Made by a program: the position numbers and the translations under genes
Shown here: positions 9,660-19,384 of the stretch, piece after piece
Layout of the letters: every line of letters begins with the position of its first letter
Position numbering within the stretch: the first letter of the stretch is position 1
Virus record (IMG/VR): IMGVR_UViG_3300006149_000007
Direction: 5' to 3' (one strand)
DNA from: a virus
Length of the DNA: 64,000 nucleotides
The notes under the pieces: generated by a model
What the model was told of the DNA's origin: nothing
Database searches by the model: none
What the model saw: only the letters and a program-made list of their open reading frames with translations

Positions 9660-10505
9660 ATGGCAACAGCAAAAAACGAGGTAGCAGCACAGAACGAGGG
9701 AACGGTAACAAAGCAGAGGACATTTGATATAGCACTCATGGATAAATTGGAGAGTGTCAATGACGCACTTCCGAAGGATTTCAACAAACAGAGATTTGTG
9801 CAGAACGCCCTTGCCCTTATCCATGACACGCCTAAGCTGATGGAGTACAAGCAGAGTGAGATTATGACAGGTCTGCTAAAGGGCGCATATCTCGGCTTGG
9901 ATTTTTACAGCAAGGAATGTTACCTAATCCCCTATGGCGAACAGTTAAATTATCAGACCGATTACAGGGGAGCAAAGAAACTGGCAAAGAAGTATTCCAT
10001 CCGACCGATTAAGGACATTTACGCTAAACTGGTGCGCGAGGGGGACGAGTTCGAGGAAACCATTATAAATGGCGAACAGGGTATCAATTTTAAACCTAAG
10101 CCATTCAACAATGCGGATATTATAGGAGCATTTGCGGTATGCCTTTATCAAGACGGAGGCATGATTTACGACACTATGAGCCTTGCGGATTTGGAAAATA
10201 CAAGGAAGTCAAGTAAGGCAAGCAACTCTCCTGCATGGAAGAACTTCACAGGGGAAATGTACAAGAAAACCGTCCTACATAGGCTTTGCAAGCACATTGA
10301 GCTAGATTTTGAGAATCCGACACAGCAGACAGCTTTCATGGCAGGAATGGAGATTGAAACTGATACGGAGAAAATTGTTGAAGCGGAGATTGCGGAGAAT
10401 GCAAATACGGTTGATTTCGTTCCAATAGAAGAACAGCCAGCACCGCAAGAGCCAGATGCGGCACATGGCGAACAGGCAGCAGAAGAACAGAAAGCACCGT
10501 TTTAA
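9660..10505 (+). CDS. recT: RecT-family single-strand annealing recombinase
   Basis: FVQNALALI...GLDFYSKECYLIPYG.QLNYQTDYRG is typical of RecT. Confidence 0.8.
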   Translation: MATAKNEVAAQNEGTVTKQRTFDIALMDKLESVNDALPKDFNKQRFVQNALALIHDTPKLMEYKQSEIMTGLLKGAYLGLDFYSKECYLIPYGEQLNYQTDYRGAKKLAKKYSIRPIKDIYAKLVREGDEFEETIINGEQGINFKPKPFNNADIIGAFAVCLYQDGGMIYDTMSLADLENTRKSSKASNSPAWKNFTGEMYKKTVLHRLCKHIELDFENPTQQTAFMAGMEIETDTEKIVEAEIAENANTVDFVPIEEQPAPQEPDAAHGEQAAEEQKAPF

Positions 10506-10517
10506 GGGAGGGAGAAC

Positions 10518-10733
10518 ATGATTATTGTAAAATTGACGGTTTTAGCAGTTATGATAACTGCGTTATACATCTGGATTTGGAGAGCGTGGCTGAAAAGCAA
10601 TCCAAAGGAAGCGTTGAAAGTCGCTTTTGGAAAGAATTATGTACCGAAAGGCGGTTACATGCTCACTATTTTTCTGTTGATTGACATAATCGGCATTTTC
10701 GCAAGTGCAATATACCTTTTGTTCTTTAGGTAG
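10518..10733 (+). CDS. small membrane protein (2 TM)
   Basis: Hydrophobic 71-aa ORF preceded by a GGGAGGGAG SD. Confidence 0.5.
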   Translation: MIIVKLTVLAVMITALYIWIWRAWLKSNPKEALKVAFGKNYVPKGGYMLTIFLLIDIIGIFASAIYLLFFR

Positions 10734-10774
10734 CAATAAAAATTAACATAAACAATTTTAAGGAGGATTTATCA

Positions 10775-11683
10775 ATGAAAACAAAGTATGAAGAAATCGT
10801 AAACGTAAACGCAATAGGCAAGGCAGAGAATCCTATTTCGCTGAATGAAATTCTGAAAAAGGCGAATGACGAACAGCTTACGCCGTCCAAGCAGAACAAG
10901 GAACGTGTGCTGTTTATCGGGATTGATGTTCAGCAGGATTTCATGGACAACGGAGCATTAGGCGTACCGGGAGCGCATGGAGATGTGGAGCGCATGACAC
11001 GCTTTATCTACAACAACATGGACAAGATAAGCAACATTGCGGTATCAATCGACACGCACACGCCGCACCAGATTTTCCATCCGTGCTGGTGGATTGACGA
11101 GAACGGAAACAATCCTGCACCATACACGCCTATCACACTTGCAGACCTTGACAGCGGAAAATGGAGGGCAGTCATTAACCCTATGGCAAGCCGTGATTAT
11201 GTGGAACATTTGGAGAAAGACGGAAAGAAAACGCTTGTTGTGTGGTCTTACCACTGCATACAAGGAACAACAGGCTGCGCGTTGGAAAATCAGTTCTCCA
11301 ATATGATTTACTTCCATTCCGTAGCGAAAAAGAGTGTTGTGCAGAGGCTTGTAAAAGGGCAAGACCCGCTGTCTGAAATGTACGGTGTAATTAAGCCGGA
11401 ATATGACACCAACGGCTACATCAACCTTGACTTCCTTAACAAGATAGAGAAGTTTGACAAGGTTATCATCGGCGGCGAGGCAAAGAGCCATTGCGTTATG
11501 GAGAGTATTAAGCAGATTTTGGAGCATTACGAAACACGCCCGGAGGTTACGAAGAAAATCTATATCCTTGACGATTGTATGTCAATCATTCCGGGATTTG
11601 AGGACGCAACCGCACAGGCATTTGACGAGTTCAAGACCAAGTACCATGTAAACCTTGTGAACAGCACAGACAGTATTTTGTAG
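10775..11683 (+). CDS. isochorismatase-family cysteine hydrolase, PncA-like nicotinamidase
   Basis: LFIGIDVQQDF (catalytic Asp), metal site SIDTHTPHQIFH, and catalytic Cys in GGEAKSHCV. Confidence 0.7.
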   Translation: MKTKYEEIVNVNAIGKAENPISLNEILKKANDEQLTPSKQNKERVLFIGIDVQQDFMDNGALGVPGAHGDVERMTRFIYNNMDKISNIAVSIDTHTPHQIFHPCWWIDENGNNPAPYTPITLADLDSGKWRAVINPMASRDYVEHLEKDGKKTLVVWSYHCIQGTTGCALENQFSNMIYFHSVAKKSVVQRLVKGQDPLSEMYGVIKPEYDTNGYINLDFLNKIEKFDKVIIGGEAKSHCVMESIKQILEHYETRPEVTKKIYILDDCMSIIPGFEDATAQAFDEFKTKYHVNLVNSTDSIL

Positions 11684-11695
11684 GAGGAAAATATC

Positions 11696-11899
11696 ATGTG
11701 GTTAATTCTGATTATTTTAGGCATTGTCGCAGAGGTTTTGAAAGCAAATGCAATCTTGGTTATTCCGAGCGTTGTTGAGTATATTTTGTTCGGATTAGGC
11801 GGCTTGCTTTTGTTCATTCAGATTATTACCTATTTTACTGCAAAGAAACAGATTGACAAAGTATCAAAGAGTTTCGGAAAACATTTTGACAGATTTTAA
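11696..11899 (+). CDS. small membrane protein (2 TM)
   Basis: Hydrophobic 67-aa ORF preceded by an AGGAGGA SD. Confidence 0.5.
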   Translation: MWLILIILGIVAEVLKANAILVIPSVVEYILFGLGGLLLFIQIITYFTAKKQIDKVSKSFGKHFDRF

Positions 11900-11924
11900 T
11901 TAAAAGAAAGCGAGGATTAAGACT

Positions 11925-12611
11925 ATGAGTAATTACGAAGAAAACGGAATTGAGATTGACGGCTTGGACGAAATCGAAGTGGAGAACACTGCCGTTGATG
12001 ATTTGGAGAGTGAGAGTATCAACCTTATCTTTTTGGGGATTGATGAAAGCGGAAGTATGGGAACATACATCAAAGATATGCAGAACTGCCTTGCCGAGTT
12101 TAAAACAGCACTCACAGACAGTAAAGAAGCTGATGAAATCCTTGTGGCAAGGGCGGACTTTTCAGATTTTATCAATATCGGCGGCTACAAGAAGATTTCA
12201 GAGTTTGACACGAACTATCAGACGTTCGGCATGACCGCCATGTATGACACTATTGTAAATGGTTCGGAAAAGCTGAAGGAGTACCGCAAATTTCTGAAAG
12301 AACAGGGAATGACAAGGGTTAAGGCAGTGTTCGCTATTTTCAGTGACGGACTTGATAACCAGTCAAGCCACAGTTTCGGTGAAGCGAAACAGGCTGTAGA
12401 GTTCCTTAACAGCGAGGAAATCACAACTGCATTTATCAGTTTCGGCGGTCAGGCGACACAGACAGCGAAAGACTTAGGTTTCCGTAACATTCTTGACGTG
12501 GCAAGTTCGGCAAGCGAACTTCGCAAGGCGTTTAACTGTCTGTCAAAGTCGGTTATCGAGAGCAGTAAATCAGTGCTGACAGATGACGGCGACGACTTTT
12601 TCCAGATTTAA
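11925..12611 (+). CDS. von Willebrand factor A domain protein (TerY-like)
   Basis: MIDAS DESGS in LIFLGIDESGSMG, plus a later FSDGLDN motif. Confidence 0.8.
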   Translation: MSNYEENGIEIDGLDEIEVENTAVDDLESESINLIFLGIDESGSMGTYIKDMQNCLAEFKTALTDSKEADEILVARADFSDFINIGGYKKISEFDTNYQTFGMTAMYDTIVNGSEKLKEYRKFLKEQGMTRVKAVFAIFSDGLDNQSSHSFGEAKQAVEFLNSEEITTAFISFGGQATQTAKDLGFRNILDVASSASELRKAFNCLSKSVIESSKSVLTDDGDDFFQI

Positions 12612-12673
12612 GCGGTAGATATTTTATTATGTGGGGCGGTGTAAAAGCCGCCCTGTAAAGAAAAGAGGTAGAT

Positions 12674-13309
12674 ATGTTCATAAATAAAATCGGCATGGAG
12701 CATTTGGAAACCGGAATGAACTGTCAAGATTATGGGTTTGTTGGAGAAAGAAGTTCCTATGTGTGTGACGGCTGTTCCGAGGGGAAACATTCAGAAGTTG
12801 GAGCAAAGTTATTCTGCCATTTGAAACAGACTGCACCATTTGACATAAAAGAGATTTTTGTTATGATGTGCGGTCTTATCGGGGTAAGTCCACAATGGAA
12901 ACGTGATTTTTTGAGTTTTACTATTCTGCGATTAGCGGAGTGTGCAGACGATTTTACTGTTTCATACTGCGGCGACGGCTACATAATCCTCCAAGACCAC
13001 GATGGCAACATAACCTTTGAGGAATTATCGGACGGCGAATATCCAAAATACTACATCTACAACTACATTGAGCCGGAATATCTGAAACACTACAAAGACG
13101 GCGTTTCCTTTTCGCAAAAGACCTATTCCAAAGACAAATACACCAAAGTCGGAATAGCGAGCGATGGTCTGCGGTACATCTTGCAGGCTGATGAAGAACT
13201 GAAACAGGAATTTATAAACTGCCTGAAATCGGGCAAGGAACTGAAAACAAAGCTGTTTATCAATCGCAATCATAAGATTTTCAAAGATGATGTGACGATT
13301 GTGTTTTGA
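12674..13309 (+). CDS. PP2C-family Ser/Thr phosphatase
   Basis: NCQDYGF, VCDGCSEGKHSEVGAK and GIASDGL are PP2C_2-type metal motifs. Confidence 0.7.
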   Translation: MFINKIGMEHLETGMNCQDYGFVGERSSYVCDGCSEGKHSEVGAKLFCHLKQTAPFDIKEIFVMMCGLIGVSPQWKRDFLSFTILRLAECADDFTVSYCGDGYIILQDHDGNITFEELSDGEYPKYYIYNYIEPEYLKHYKDGVSFSQKTYSKDKYTKVGIASDGLRYILQADEELKQEFINCLKSGKELKTKLFINRNHKIFKDDVTIVF

Positions 13310-13326
13310 ATATATGGAGGTGCGAA

Positions 13327-13497
13327 ATGAGAATGAAAATGGAATTTGAAACAGACGATTGCGAACATTGCCCTTGTTTAAGGCGTTTTGCAGATGAAGA
13401 ATACGGTTGTTTCTTTGACAGAGAAAAGAAAATAAACAGTTGGGATTTAGATGAAATAAACAAAGAATGCCCGATAGCAACATCTGTTGTTAGATGA
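13327..13497 (+). CDS. small Cys-rich protein between the phosphatase and the kinase
   Basis: ATG lies 5 nt after GGAGGTG. Contains CEHCPC...C...C. Confidence 0.45.
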   Translation: MRMKMEFETDDCEHCPCLRRFADEEYGCFFDREKKINSWDLDEINKECPIATSVVR

Positions 13498-13510
13498 AAG
13501 TAGGTGCTGT

Positions 13511-15199
13511 ATGCCAATAAAATTTGACACCACAACCCGAATGCCATTAACAGAGGGCGGCGAGGGTTACATATACGAATACAACGGAAAAATCATAAAG
13601 ACTTTCAAGCCGAACATTGACATAGCGGCAAAGGAAAGAAAAGTAAATACCCTGATGAAAACAGCACTTCCTAAAGCGGTTATAACGCCCATAGACACGG
13701 TTTTAGATATGTGTGGTAAGTTTACAGGCTACTGTATGGAAAAGGTCAGTGGAGAGGAATTTAAGCGGTTATCGAACCGAAAATTTGTGACCGCAAACAA
13801 TATCACGACAAAGGATATTTTGGGGTTGATTGTCAAGATTAAGGCGGTACTGGCAGAAATACACAAACAAAATATTTATGTCGGGGATTTGAACGACCAG
13901 AACATTTTATTTGATACCGCCGGAAACATCTATCTGATTGACTGCGACAGTTGGACGGTTGGAAGTGATAAATGTACCGTTGCTATGGATATGTTCAAAG
14001 ACCCGCATTTGAAAGCAGATAATTTCAACGCCGATACCGACAATTACGCCTTTATGGTGCTTGCGTGGAAGTCACTCACAAGGGTGCACCCATTCGGCGG
14101 AACGGTTGAACCGGATATGCCGATTTTAGATAGGATTGTAAATGGAATATCGGTTATCAGTAGGCAGAATGTGAAGCTGCCAAGACTAGCAAAGGAATGG
14201 AAAGGCTTTTCGCCTGACCTTGTGTCTGAATTTAAGGCGGTATTTGAGGGCGGCGTTCGGACATTATCGGGCAATATGGAAGATATGCTTGCGAACCTTA
14301 CACAATGCAAAAAGGACAAGGAATACTATTATAGCAAGTTTTCTACTTGTCCATACTGCGACAGTAACGCACGGGTCAATAAAAAGCCTGTATCACAAGG
14401 AATTGTCGGCGGTTTGAAACTGTATGCAATCTATGATTGTACAAAGATTAAGGCGGTGTTTGATAGATATACATATCTGGATAATGCGGGGTATGTTCAT
14501 AACGGAAATCAGATAACAGGATTTTTCAATATGGCAAGATACCATTACACAAAAGATGGAATGGTTGTCTTGGAAATTCCAGACTGCATTACATTCCATA
14601 ACAACAAGGACTATCAGATTGACAAGAAATATAAGTCTGCAATCGAAGTCTGCGGAAACAAAATTTACTACATTTCCACAAAGAACACGCTGACACAACT
14701 TGAAATTATGCCGAGCGGTAACGGAATAAAGAATATCTGCAAAGTCAGCAACACAGTGTATTTTGCGGTCAGTGGGGATAATTACTGCGTTGTCAACTAC
14801 TACGCAGGAAAGATTATTGTCAATATCAATGGCACGAATACGGTAATTGACTATGATTCGGATATTGTGAACTATGGCATACACCATGACGAGGTGTCGG
14901 GAAAATGGCTGATTGCCTTAGAGGATAGCAAGGGAAAATTTAATACATTTGTTATCAATGGCGGCACAGTGGAATATCAGACGGGCGCAATCAAATACGC
15001 CTGCCAGCTTAATTGTCCTTGCATTTACAACTCGAATATTTTTATCCCAGTTGACGGAAAGATTAGGGGGTATTCCTACAAGAAATCGTTGTTTAAGGAT
15101 TTTGAGTGTGGCGTTGTTTCCGAGGAAAGCAAGCTGATTAAAGAGAAAAACCGCTTTGTGATTGTGAATTTGGAGAATGTTTATTATTTGGAGAGTTAG
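13511..15199 (+). CDS. Ser/Thr protein kinase-like protein with a ~350-aa C-terminal beta-rich domain
   Basis: Catalytic loop YVGDLNDQNILF, metal-binding YLIDCDSW, and an N-terminal Gly-rich region plus IIKTFK lysine. Confidence 0.75.
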   Translation: MPIKFDTTTRMPLTEGGEGYIYEYNGKIIKTFKPNIDIAAKERKVNTLMKTALPKAVITPIDTVLDMCGKFTGYCMEKVSGEEFKRLSNRKFVTANNITTKDILGLIVKIKAVLAEIHKQNIYVGDLNDQNILFDTAGNIYLIDCDSWTVGSDKCTVAMDMFKDPHLKADNFNADTDNYAFMVLAWKSLTRVHPFGGTVEPDMPILDRIVNGISVISRQNVKLPRLAKEWKGFSPDLVSEFKAVFEGGVRTLSGNMEDMLANLTQCKKDKEYYYSKFSTCPYCDSNARVNKKPVSQGIVGGLKLYAIYDCTKIKAVFDRYTYLDNAGYVHNGNQITGFFNMARYHYTKDGMVVLEIPDCITFHNNKDYQIDKKYKSAIEVCGNKIYYISTKNTLTQLEIMPSGNGIKNICKVSNTVYFAVSGDNYCVVNYYAGKIIVNINGTNTVIDYDSDIVNYGIHHDEVSGKWLIALEDSKGKFNTFVINGGTVEYQTGAIKYACQLNCPCIYNSNIFIPVDGKIRGYSYKKSLFKDFECGVVSEESKLIKEKNRFVIVNLENVYYLES

Positions 15200-15211
15200 G
15201 AGGATTTGAAA

Positions 15212-15517
15212 ATGTTTGAAAGCATTGATAAGAAATTAAAGAAGATTGGTTTTATTAAAGTTTACGAGGAAAAAGGAAGCGGACATCACGTTTCAGAGGA
15301 TAAGTATGGAGTGAGCTACGAAAGATATAATGAGCAATTCAAATATACGCAAGTTCTTGATATAAGGCATAAGAAAAGCGGAAATCACTTAATTCAGTCT
15401 TATCAGAAAGATGCGAATACAGACGGATTTAATAATGTAGTTGGACTGAATTACAAAGAAATGAAACTTGCCATAAAGAAGTATCGGCAGATGAAGCGTA
15501 AATATGGTTGGAAATAG
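15212..15517 (+). CDS. hypothetical protein
   Basis: ATG lies 7 nt after GGAGGA. Confidence 0.45.
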   Translation: MFESIDKKLKKIGFIKVYEEKGSGHHVSEDKYGVSYERYNEQFKYTQVLDIRHKKSGNHLIQSYQKDANTDGFNNVVGLNYKEMKLAIKKYRQMKRKYGWK

Positions 15518-15537
15518 ATTAAGGAGGCTTAACCGAT

Positions 15538-15906
15538 ATGAGGATTTTGTCACAGGACGGGAAGATTGATGTTCCTTATGAACAGTGCGGATTAACAATG
15601 TTTTTCAATGAAATACTTTCGGGAAATTGGGATATAAACGCAAACATCGGAGGAAACAAAGCCTACAAAATGGCTGAATATTCCACCGAAGCCAAAGCAA
15701 GAAAGGCTATGGAGATGTTACACGAAGCATACATAGGTATTCCGCTTATTCTTCAAAACGTGGATATATCAGATGATGTAACGAAAATGTTTGAGAAATG
15801 GAAAAAGCAAGGAATATGTGTCGTTTCTGAAAATCAGCCGTCAAAAGTTGAATATGTGGGTAATGTTTTGTTTCAATTTCCTGCTGATGATGAAGTGGAG
15901 GTATGA
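15538..15906 (+). CDS. hypothetical protein
   Basis: 122-aa ORF preceded by an AAGGAGG SD. Confidence 0.5.
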   Translation: MRILSQDGKIDVPYEQCGLTMFFNEILSGNWDINANIGGNKAYKMAEYSTEAKARKAMEMLHEAYIGIPLILQNVDISDDVTKMFEKWKKQGICVVSENQPSKVEYVGNVLFQFPADDEVEV

Positions 15907-16229
15907 CAATGACCGAAGAAACAAAACAGAAAATTCAGAAAATCGCACAGACATATGGATATGACGCACAGAGCAGACAGTGTATCGAGGAAATGGCAGA
16001 ACTGACGCAGGCTATCAATAAGTTTTGGAGGAAAGCGTTAGATTGTGGAAAAGGAAAACAGCCGGACGGAGAAAAGTATATAACCATGTCGCCGACCTAT
16101 GACAATTTGGTTGAGGAAATGGCAGATGTTCAAATTATGCTATGGCAAATGGAATATCTGTTAAATGCTGATACATCAATTATTATTCAGCAGAAACTTG
16201 ACAGGCAGATTGGGAGGATTGAAAAATGA
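15903..16229 (+). CDS. mazG: MazG-like nucleotide pyrophosphohydrolase
   Basis: Paired EEMAELTQAI and EEMADVQIML metal-binding helices. Confidence 0.7.
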   Translation: MTMTEETKQKIQKIAQTYGYDAQSRQCIEEMAELTQAINKFWRKALDCGKGKQPDGEKYITMSPTYDNLVEEMADVQIMLWQMEYLLNADTSIIIQQKLDRQIGRIEK

Positions 16230-16651
16230 AAAATTGCAACGAATGTGTATTTGGTATTCATTGGGGATTTGATAAAGGCGGTATGCCAACAATACAAATG
16301 TGCCACGCAAAAAATATGAGCGATGAAGAATCGGCAGAGATGATTAAATCCAAAGAAGAATGCGAAATGTACGAAGAAGGACATGAACTATACAAAAGAT
16401 ATAAAAACGGAGAGTTTGAAAATCTTACTGCTTCACAAAAGCACTTAATCGACAAAAAGGATTTTTCAGAACAACCAACAGCGATTTGCGGACATATAGA
16501 AGCGTGTTATAGAGGGGAAGGACAGTATTGTTATTGCAGATTGGGTTGTACATCAAAAACAGAGTTAGACGGTAGAGGAAAAATGTTAAAAGAAGAAAGA
16601 AAACTTCTTGGAAGTGCGATTTCTAAAGCTATTGCAGAGAAAAGGAAGTGA
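16226..16651 (+). CDS. hypothetical Cys-rich protein
   Basis: 141-aa ORF whose start overlaps the preceding stop. Confidence 0.45.
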   Translation: MKNCNECVFGIHWGFDKGGMPTIQMCHAKNMSDEESAEMIKSKEECEMYEEGHELYKRYKNGEFENLTASQKHLIDKKDFSEQPTAICGHIEACYRGEGQYCYCRLGCTSKTELDGRGKMLKEERKLLGSAISKAIAEKRK

Positions 16652-16687
16652 TTTGATTGATTTTGAAGTGTTTAGGGAGTGGTTGCT

Positions 16688-17398
16688 ATGCCGAGAGTTA
16701 GAAGAAAAAATATAAAAAGAGAAAATAATATTTTTGTAACAGCTAATAATATTGAGTTTCTCCGTTCTTTGGCTCGCGGGGAAGAAAACGCACGGAATAA
16801 ATTGCAAGATATGATAGATGAATATGATAAACGATACAAGAGAATTTGCCTTAATTGTGGTTGTGTATTTCAAAGTAGTTTCACTCAAAGATATTGCGAA
16901 ATGTGCAGACAGCCAGAAAATGCAGAAAAAATAAGGTGGAAACAAAGAAAGGAATCTGTTCGTTATTTGCATAAAAGAGTTTGCGATTTGTTGGGAAACA
17001 GTCAAAGATTTGACGATGAAACAAGAAAATTATTTCTTGAAGAAAGCAATTATTATTGGAGTAAAGTTATCGGAAAGATTCCAAAAACAGAGAAAAAGGA
17101 ATCATACAGAGATATAAAAACAGAAAACCAGTATAGAAAGTGGCTTGAAAACACAATAGAAGAAATACATTCCATGAGTAGAATACCAAACAATACTTAT
17201 TCCAATGTCGGAAGAACTGGGCGAAAAATTAAGCAGTTAGATGAAGATGGAAATCTTGTAGCAGAGTGGGAAAGTGCCTTGCAAGCAAGTAGAGAACTAG
17301 GGATTTTTCAGAGCAACATAACATCTTGTTGCAAGGGAAATATCGGAACATACAAAGGATATATATGGGAATATGCAGACGAAAGCGAGGTGGTTTAA
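16688..17398 (+). CDS. DNA-binding protein with a C-terminal NUMOD1/IENR-like module
   Basis: C-terminus IKQLDEDGNLVAEWESALQASRELGIFQSNITSCCKGNIGTYKGYIWEY. Confidence 0.5.
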   Translation: MPRVRRKNIKRENNIFVTANNIEFLRSLARGEENARNKLQDMIDEYDKRYKRICLNCGCVFQSSFTQRYCEMCRQPENAEKIRWKQRKESVRYLHKRVCDLLGNSQRFDDETRKLFLEESNYYWSKVIGKIPKTEKKESYRDIKTENQYRKWLENTIEEIHSMSRIPNNTYSNVGRTGRKIKQLDEDGNLVAEWESALQASRELGIFQSNITSCCKGNIGTYKGYIWEYADESEVV

Positions 17399-18099
17399 TG
17401 CTTATGTTAAAGACGATTGCAACAGGAAGTAGCGGAAATTCTTATGCTTTAATGAATGACAATGAAATACTTTTGCTTGATTTAGGCGTTAATGCGAGAG
17501 TTATCAAGAAAGAGATTGATTTCAGAGTTTCAGACATTGTAGGTTGCTTAGTTACTCATAAGCACCTCTGACTTGACCACTCAAAGGCGGTTAAGGACTT
17601 TGAGAACATGGGAATACCCGTATTCAAACCATTTGACGAAACAAAGGCTTGTCCTCTGAAAATAAGATATGGAAGTTTCACAATACAAGCGTTCAAAGTA
17701 CCGCATGACGGAGTACCTTGCTACGGATTTTACATAACGGTTGCAGGACACAGAATTTTATATGCTACGGATTTTGAATATCTCCCCTGTTCTTTTAAGA
17801 ATGTTCGCCTTACGGACATGATTGTGGAGTGTAATCACAATAGAGATTTAACAGATAGAAACGAGGTTAAGTTTCAACATCAGATAAGAGGTCATTGTTC
17901 ATGCGAAACACTGATTGAAAAAGTGATTAAGGAGAACATGACAAGCGACCTTAGAACTGTCATATTGTGCCATTTGAGCCAAGAAAACGCTGACGCTGAT
18001 AAAATGATTGCAGAGGTTAAAAAAGTCGCAGGAGCAGGCGTTAAATGCGTATGTGCGGCGGCAGGAGAAACGGTTGAATTAAGTCAGTATCCATTTTAA
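17398..18099 (+). pseudogene. MBL-fold metallo-hydrolase interrupted by an in-frame TGA
   Basis: MLMLKTIATGSSGNSY...LVTHKHL*LDHSKAV. The stop at 17569-17571 sits inside the HxHxDH motif. The same frame continues to 18099. Confidence 0.7.
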
Positions 18100-18109
18100 G
18101 GAGGATAAC

Positions 18110-18376
18110 ATGGTTAAGGACATTATCAATGAAATCAAAGAGAAATATTACAACGAAAGCGAAGAATATTACAGTGAATACCGCTATGACGAGGAAGAAA
18201 ACGAATTTGAAATGAAGAAAGAACTTGAAAAGGCATTAACAGAAAAAGGGATAAAATTTATCATCAAAAAGCAAGGCGGATTTTCCTCATGCAGTTATGA
18301 CAATGATTTTCTTGCGGTTTCTTATATAGAAAACGAAGAACTTGGACTTGAAACAATCTTGCTTGAATGTATGTAG
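18110..18376 (+). CDS. hypothetical acidic protein
   Basis: 88-aa ORF preceded by an AAGGAGGA SD. Confidence 0.5.
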   Translation: MVKDIINEIKEKYYNESEEYYSEYRYDEEENEFEMKKELEKALTEKGIKFIIKKQGGFSSCSYDNDFLAVSYIENEELGLETILLECM

Positions 18377-18407
18377 CGGCAGGAGAAGAAATCATATTAG
18401 AAAGTGA

Positions 18408-18596
18408 GTGTTCGTTTTGAATGACGTGGATTGCGATTTTGTATTAGAAGAAGATAACAAACTGTACTGCAAATACGCACATAGAGAATGCGATTTTGAG
18501 AAGTGTGTGTTTTATAAAAACGGTGTAGGAATTGAAGATTTGAAAGGTATTCCGATCGGGATTGATATGTGTGGAAATCCAATATACAGAGATTAA
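18408..18596 (+). CDS. hypothetical small Cys-rich protein
   Basis: GTG-initiated ORF with a weak SD. Confidence 0.3.
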   Translation: MFVLNDVDCDFVLEEDNKLYCKYAHRECDFEKCVFYKNGVGIEDLKGIPIGIDMCGNPIYRD

Positions 18597-18666
18597 CCGC
18601 CAACATATTGGCAGGATTGCAACTTGAACTTATTAAATATCCATTTTGAGAAAGAGAGGGAAAGAT

Positions 18667-18894
18667 ATGGAAAAATTAAGAAGATGTAAAGGAAAATGCA
18701 ACATATATGAAAATGGCAAACGGAGCAGCTTGGAATTTGATTTGGGATATTTTCATGAATGGGGAGTGAATTATGAGGAATTTGTTGATAGCGGTCCAGG
18801 AAATTATTCTGTTGCGATTGTTGAGTTGCCAGATGGAAGAATTGTCATGCCGGTGGCTGATGATATCGCCTTTCTTGATCTGATTAAGCAATGA
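18667..18894 (+). CDS. hypothetical protein
   Basis: ATG follows GAGGG (MEKLRRCKGKC...). Confidence 0.45.
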   Translation: MEKLRRCKGKCNIYENGKRSSLEFDLGYFHEWGVNYEEFVDSGPGNYSVAIVELPDGRIVMPVADDIAFLDLIKQ

Positions 18895-18905
18895 AAGGAG
18901 AACAT

Positions 18906-19382
18906 ATGGCAGAAAAGAAATTATCAGAGGAATTAAGACGTTGTTTGGAAGATGATGCTTGCGGAGATTGCCAGTACCATAAACCGGAGACAAAGCTGAT
19001 TTGCAAAGGCTTACTGCAAAAGGCTTATGAAGTGGTTAAGAGGTATGAGGAAATGGAAGAGCAACATCAGATTTTGATAGTTCCTAAAATCAAAAAGAAC
19101 AAAACTCTCTATTGGATATGGGGGGATGAAATAATGCCCGTTTTATTCAAACGGATTACAAGCTGTGTTGTTGACGACAACGGAAATCCTCATGTCATGT
19201 GTGAAATGGAAACGAAGAAAGACAGAACATTTGTCTATGCATATAGAAGAAAGCTTGTTGAAAATACTTTCAAGGCTGGCGACAAGAGATATTTTTATTC
19301 AGAGGACATAGGCAAAACCGTTTTTATAGAAAAAGAAGATGCTGAAAAGGCATTAAAGGAAATGGAGGGGAAGAAGCGTTAA
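18906..19382 (+). CDS. hypothetical protein
   Basis: ATG follows AAAGGAG (MAEKKLSEELRRC...). Confidence 0.5.
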   Translation: MAEKKLSEELRRCLEDDACGDCQYHKPETKLICKGLLQKAYEVVKRYEEMEEQHQILIVPKIKKNKTLYWIWGDEIMPVLFKRITSCVVDDNGNPHVMCEMETKKDRTFVYAYRRKLVENTFKAGDKRYFYSEDIGKTVFIEKEDAEKALKEMEGKKR

Positions 19383-19384
19383 AA

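Noticed and set aside
11037-11527. Alternative-frame ORFs inside the nicotinamidase gene (11037..11306 +, 11045..11527 -)
   Set aside because: They are embedded in a gene with a complete catalytic motif set. They are Arg/Thr-rich frame-shadow products without SD sequences.
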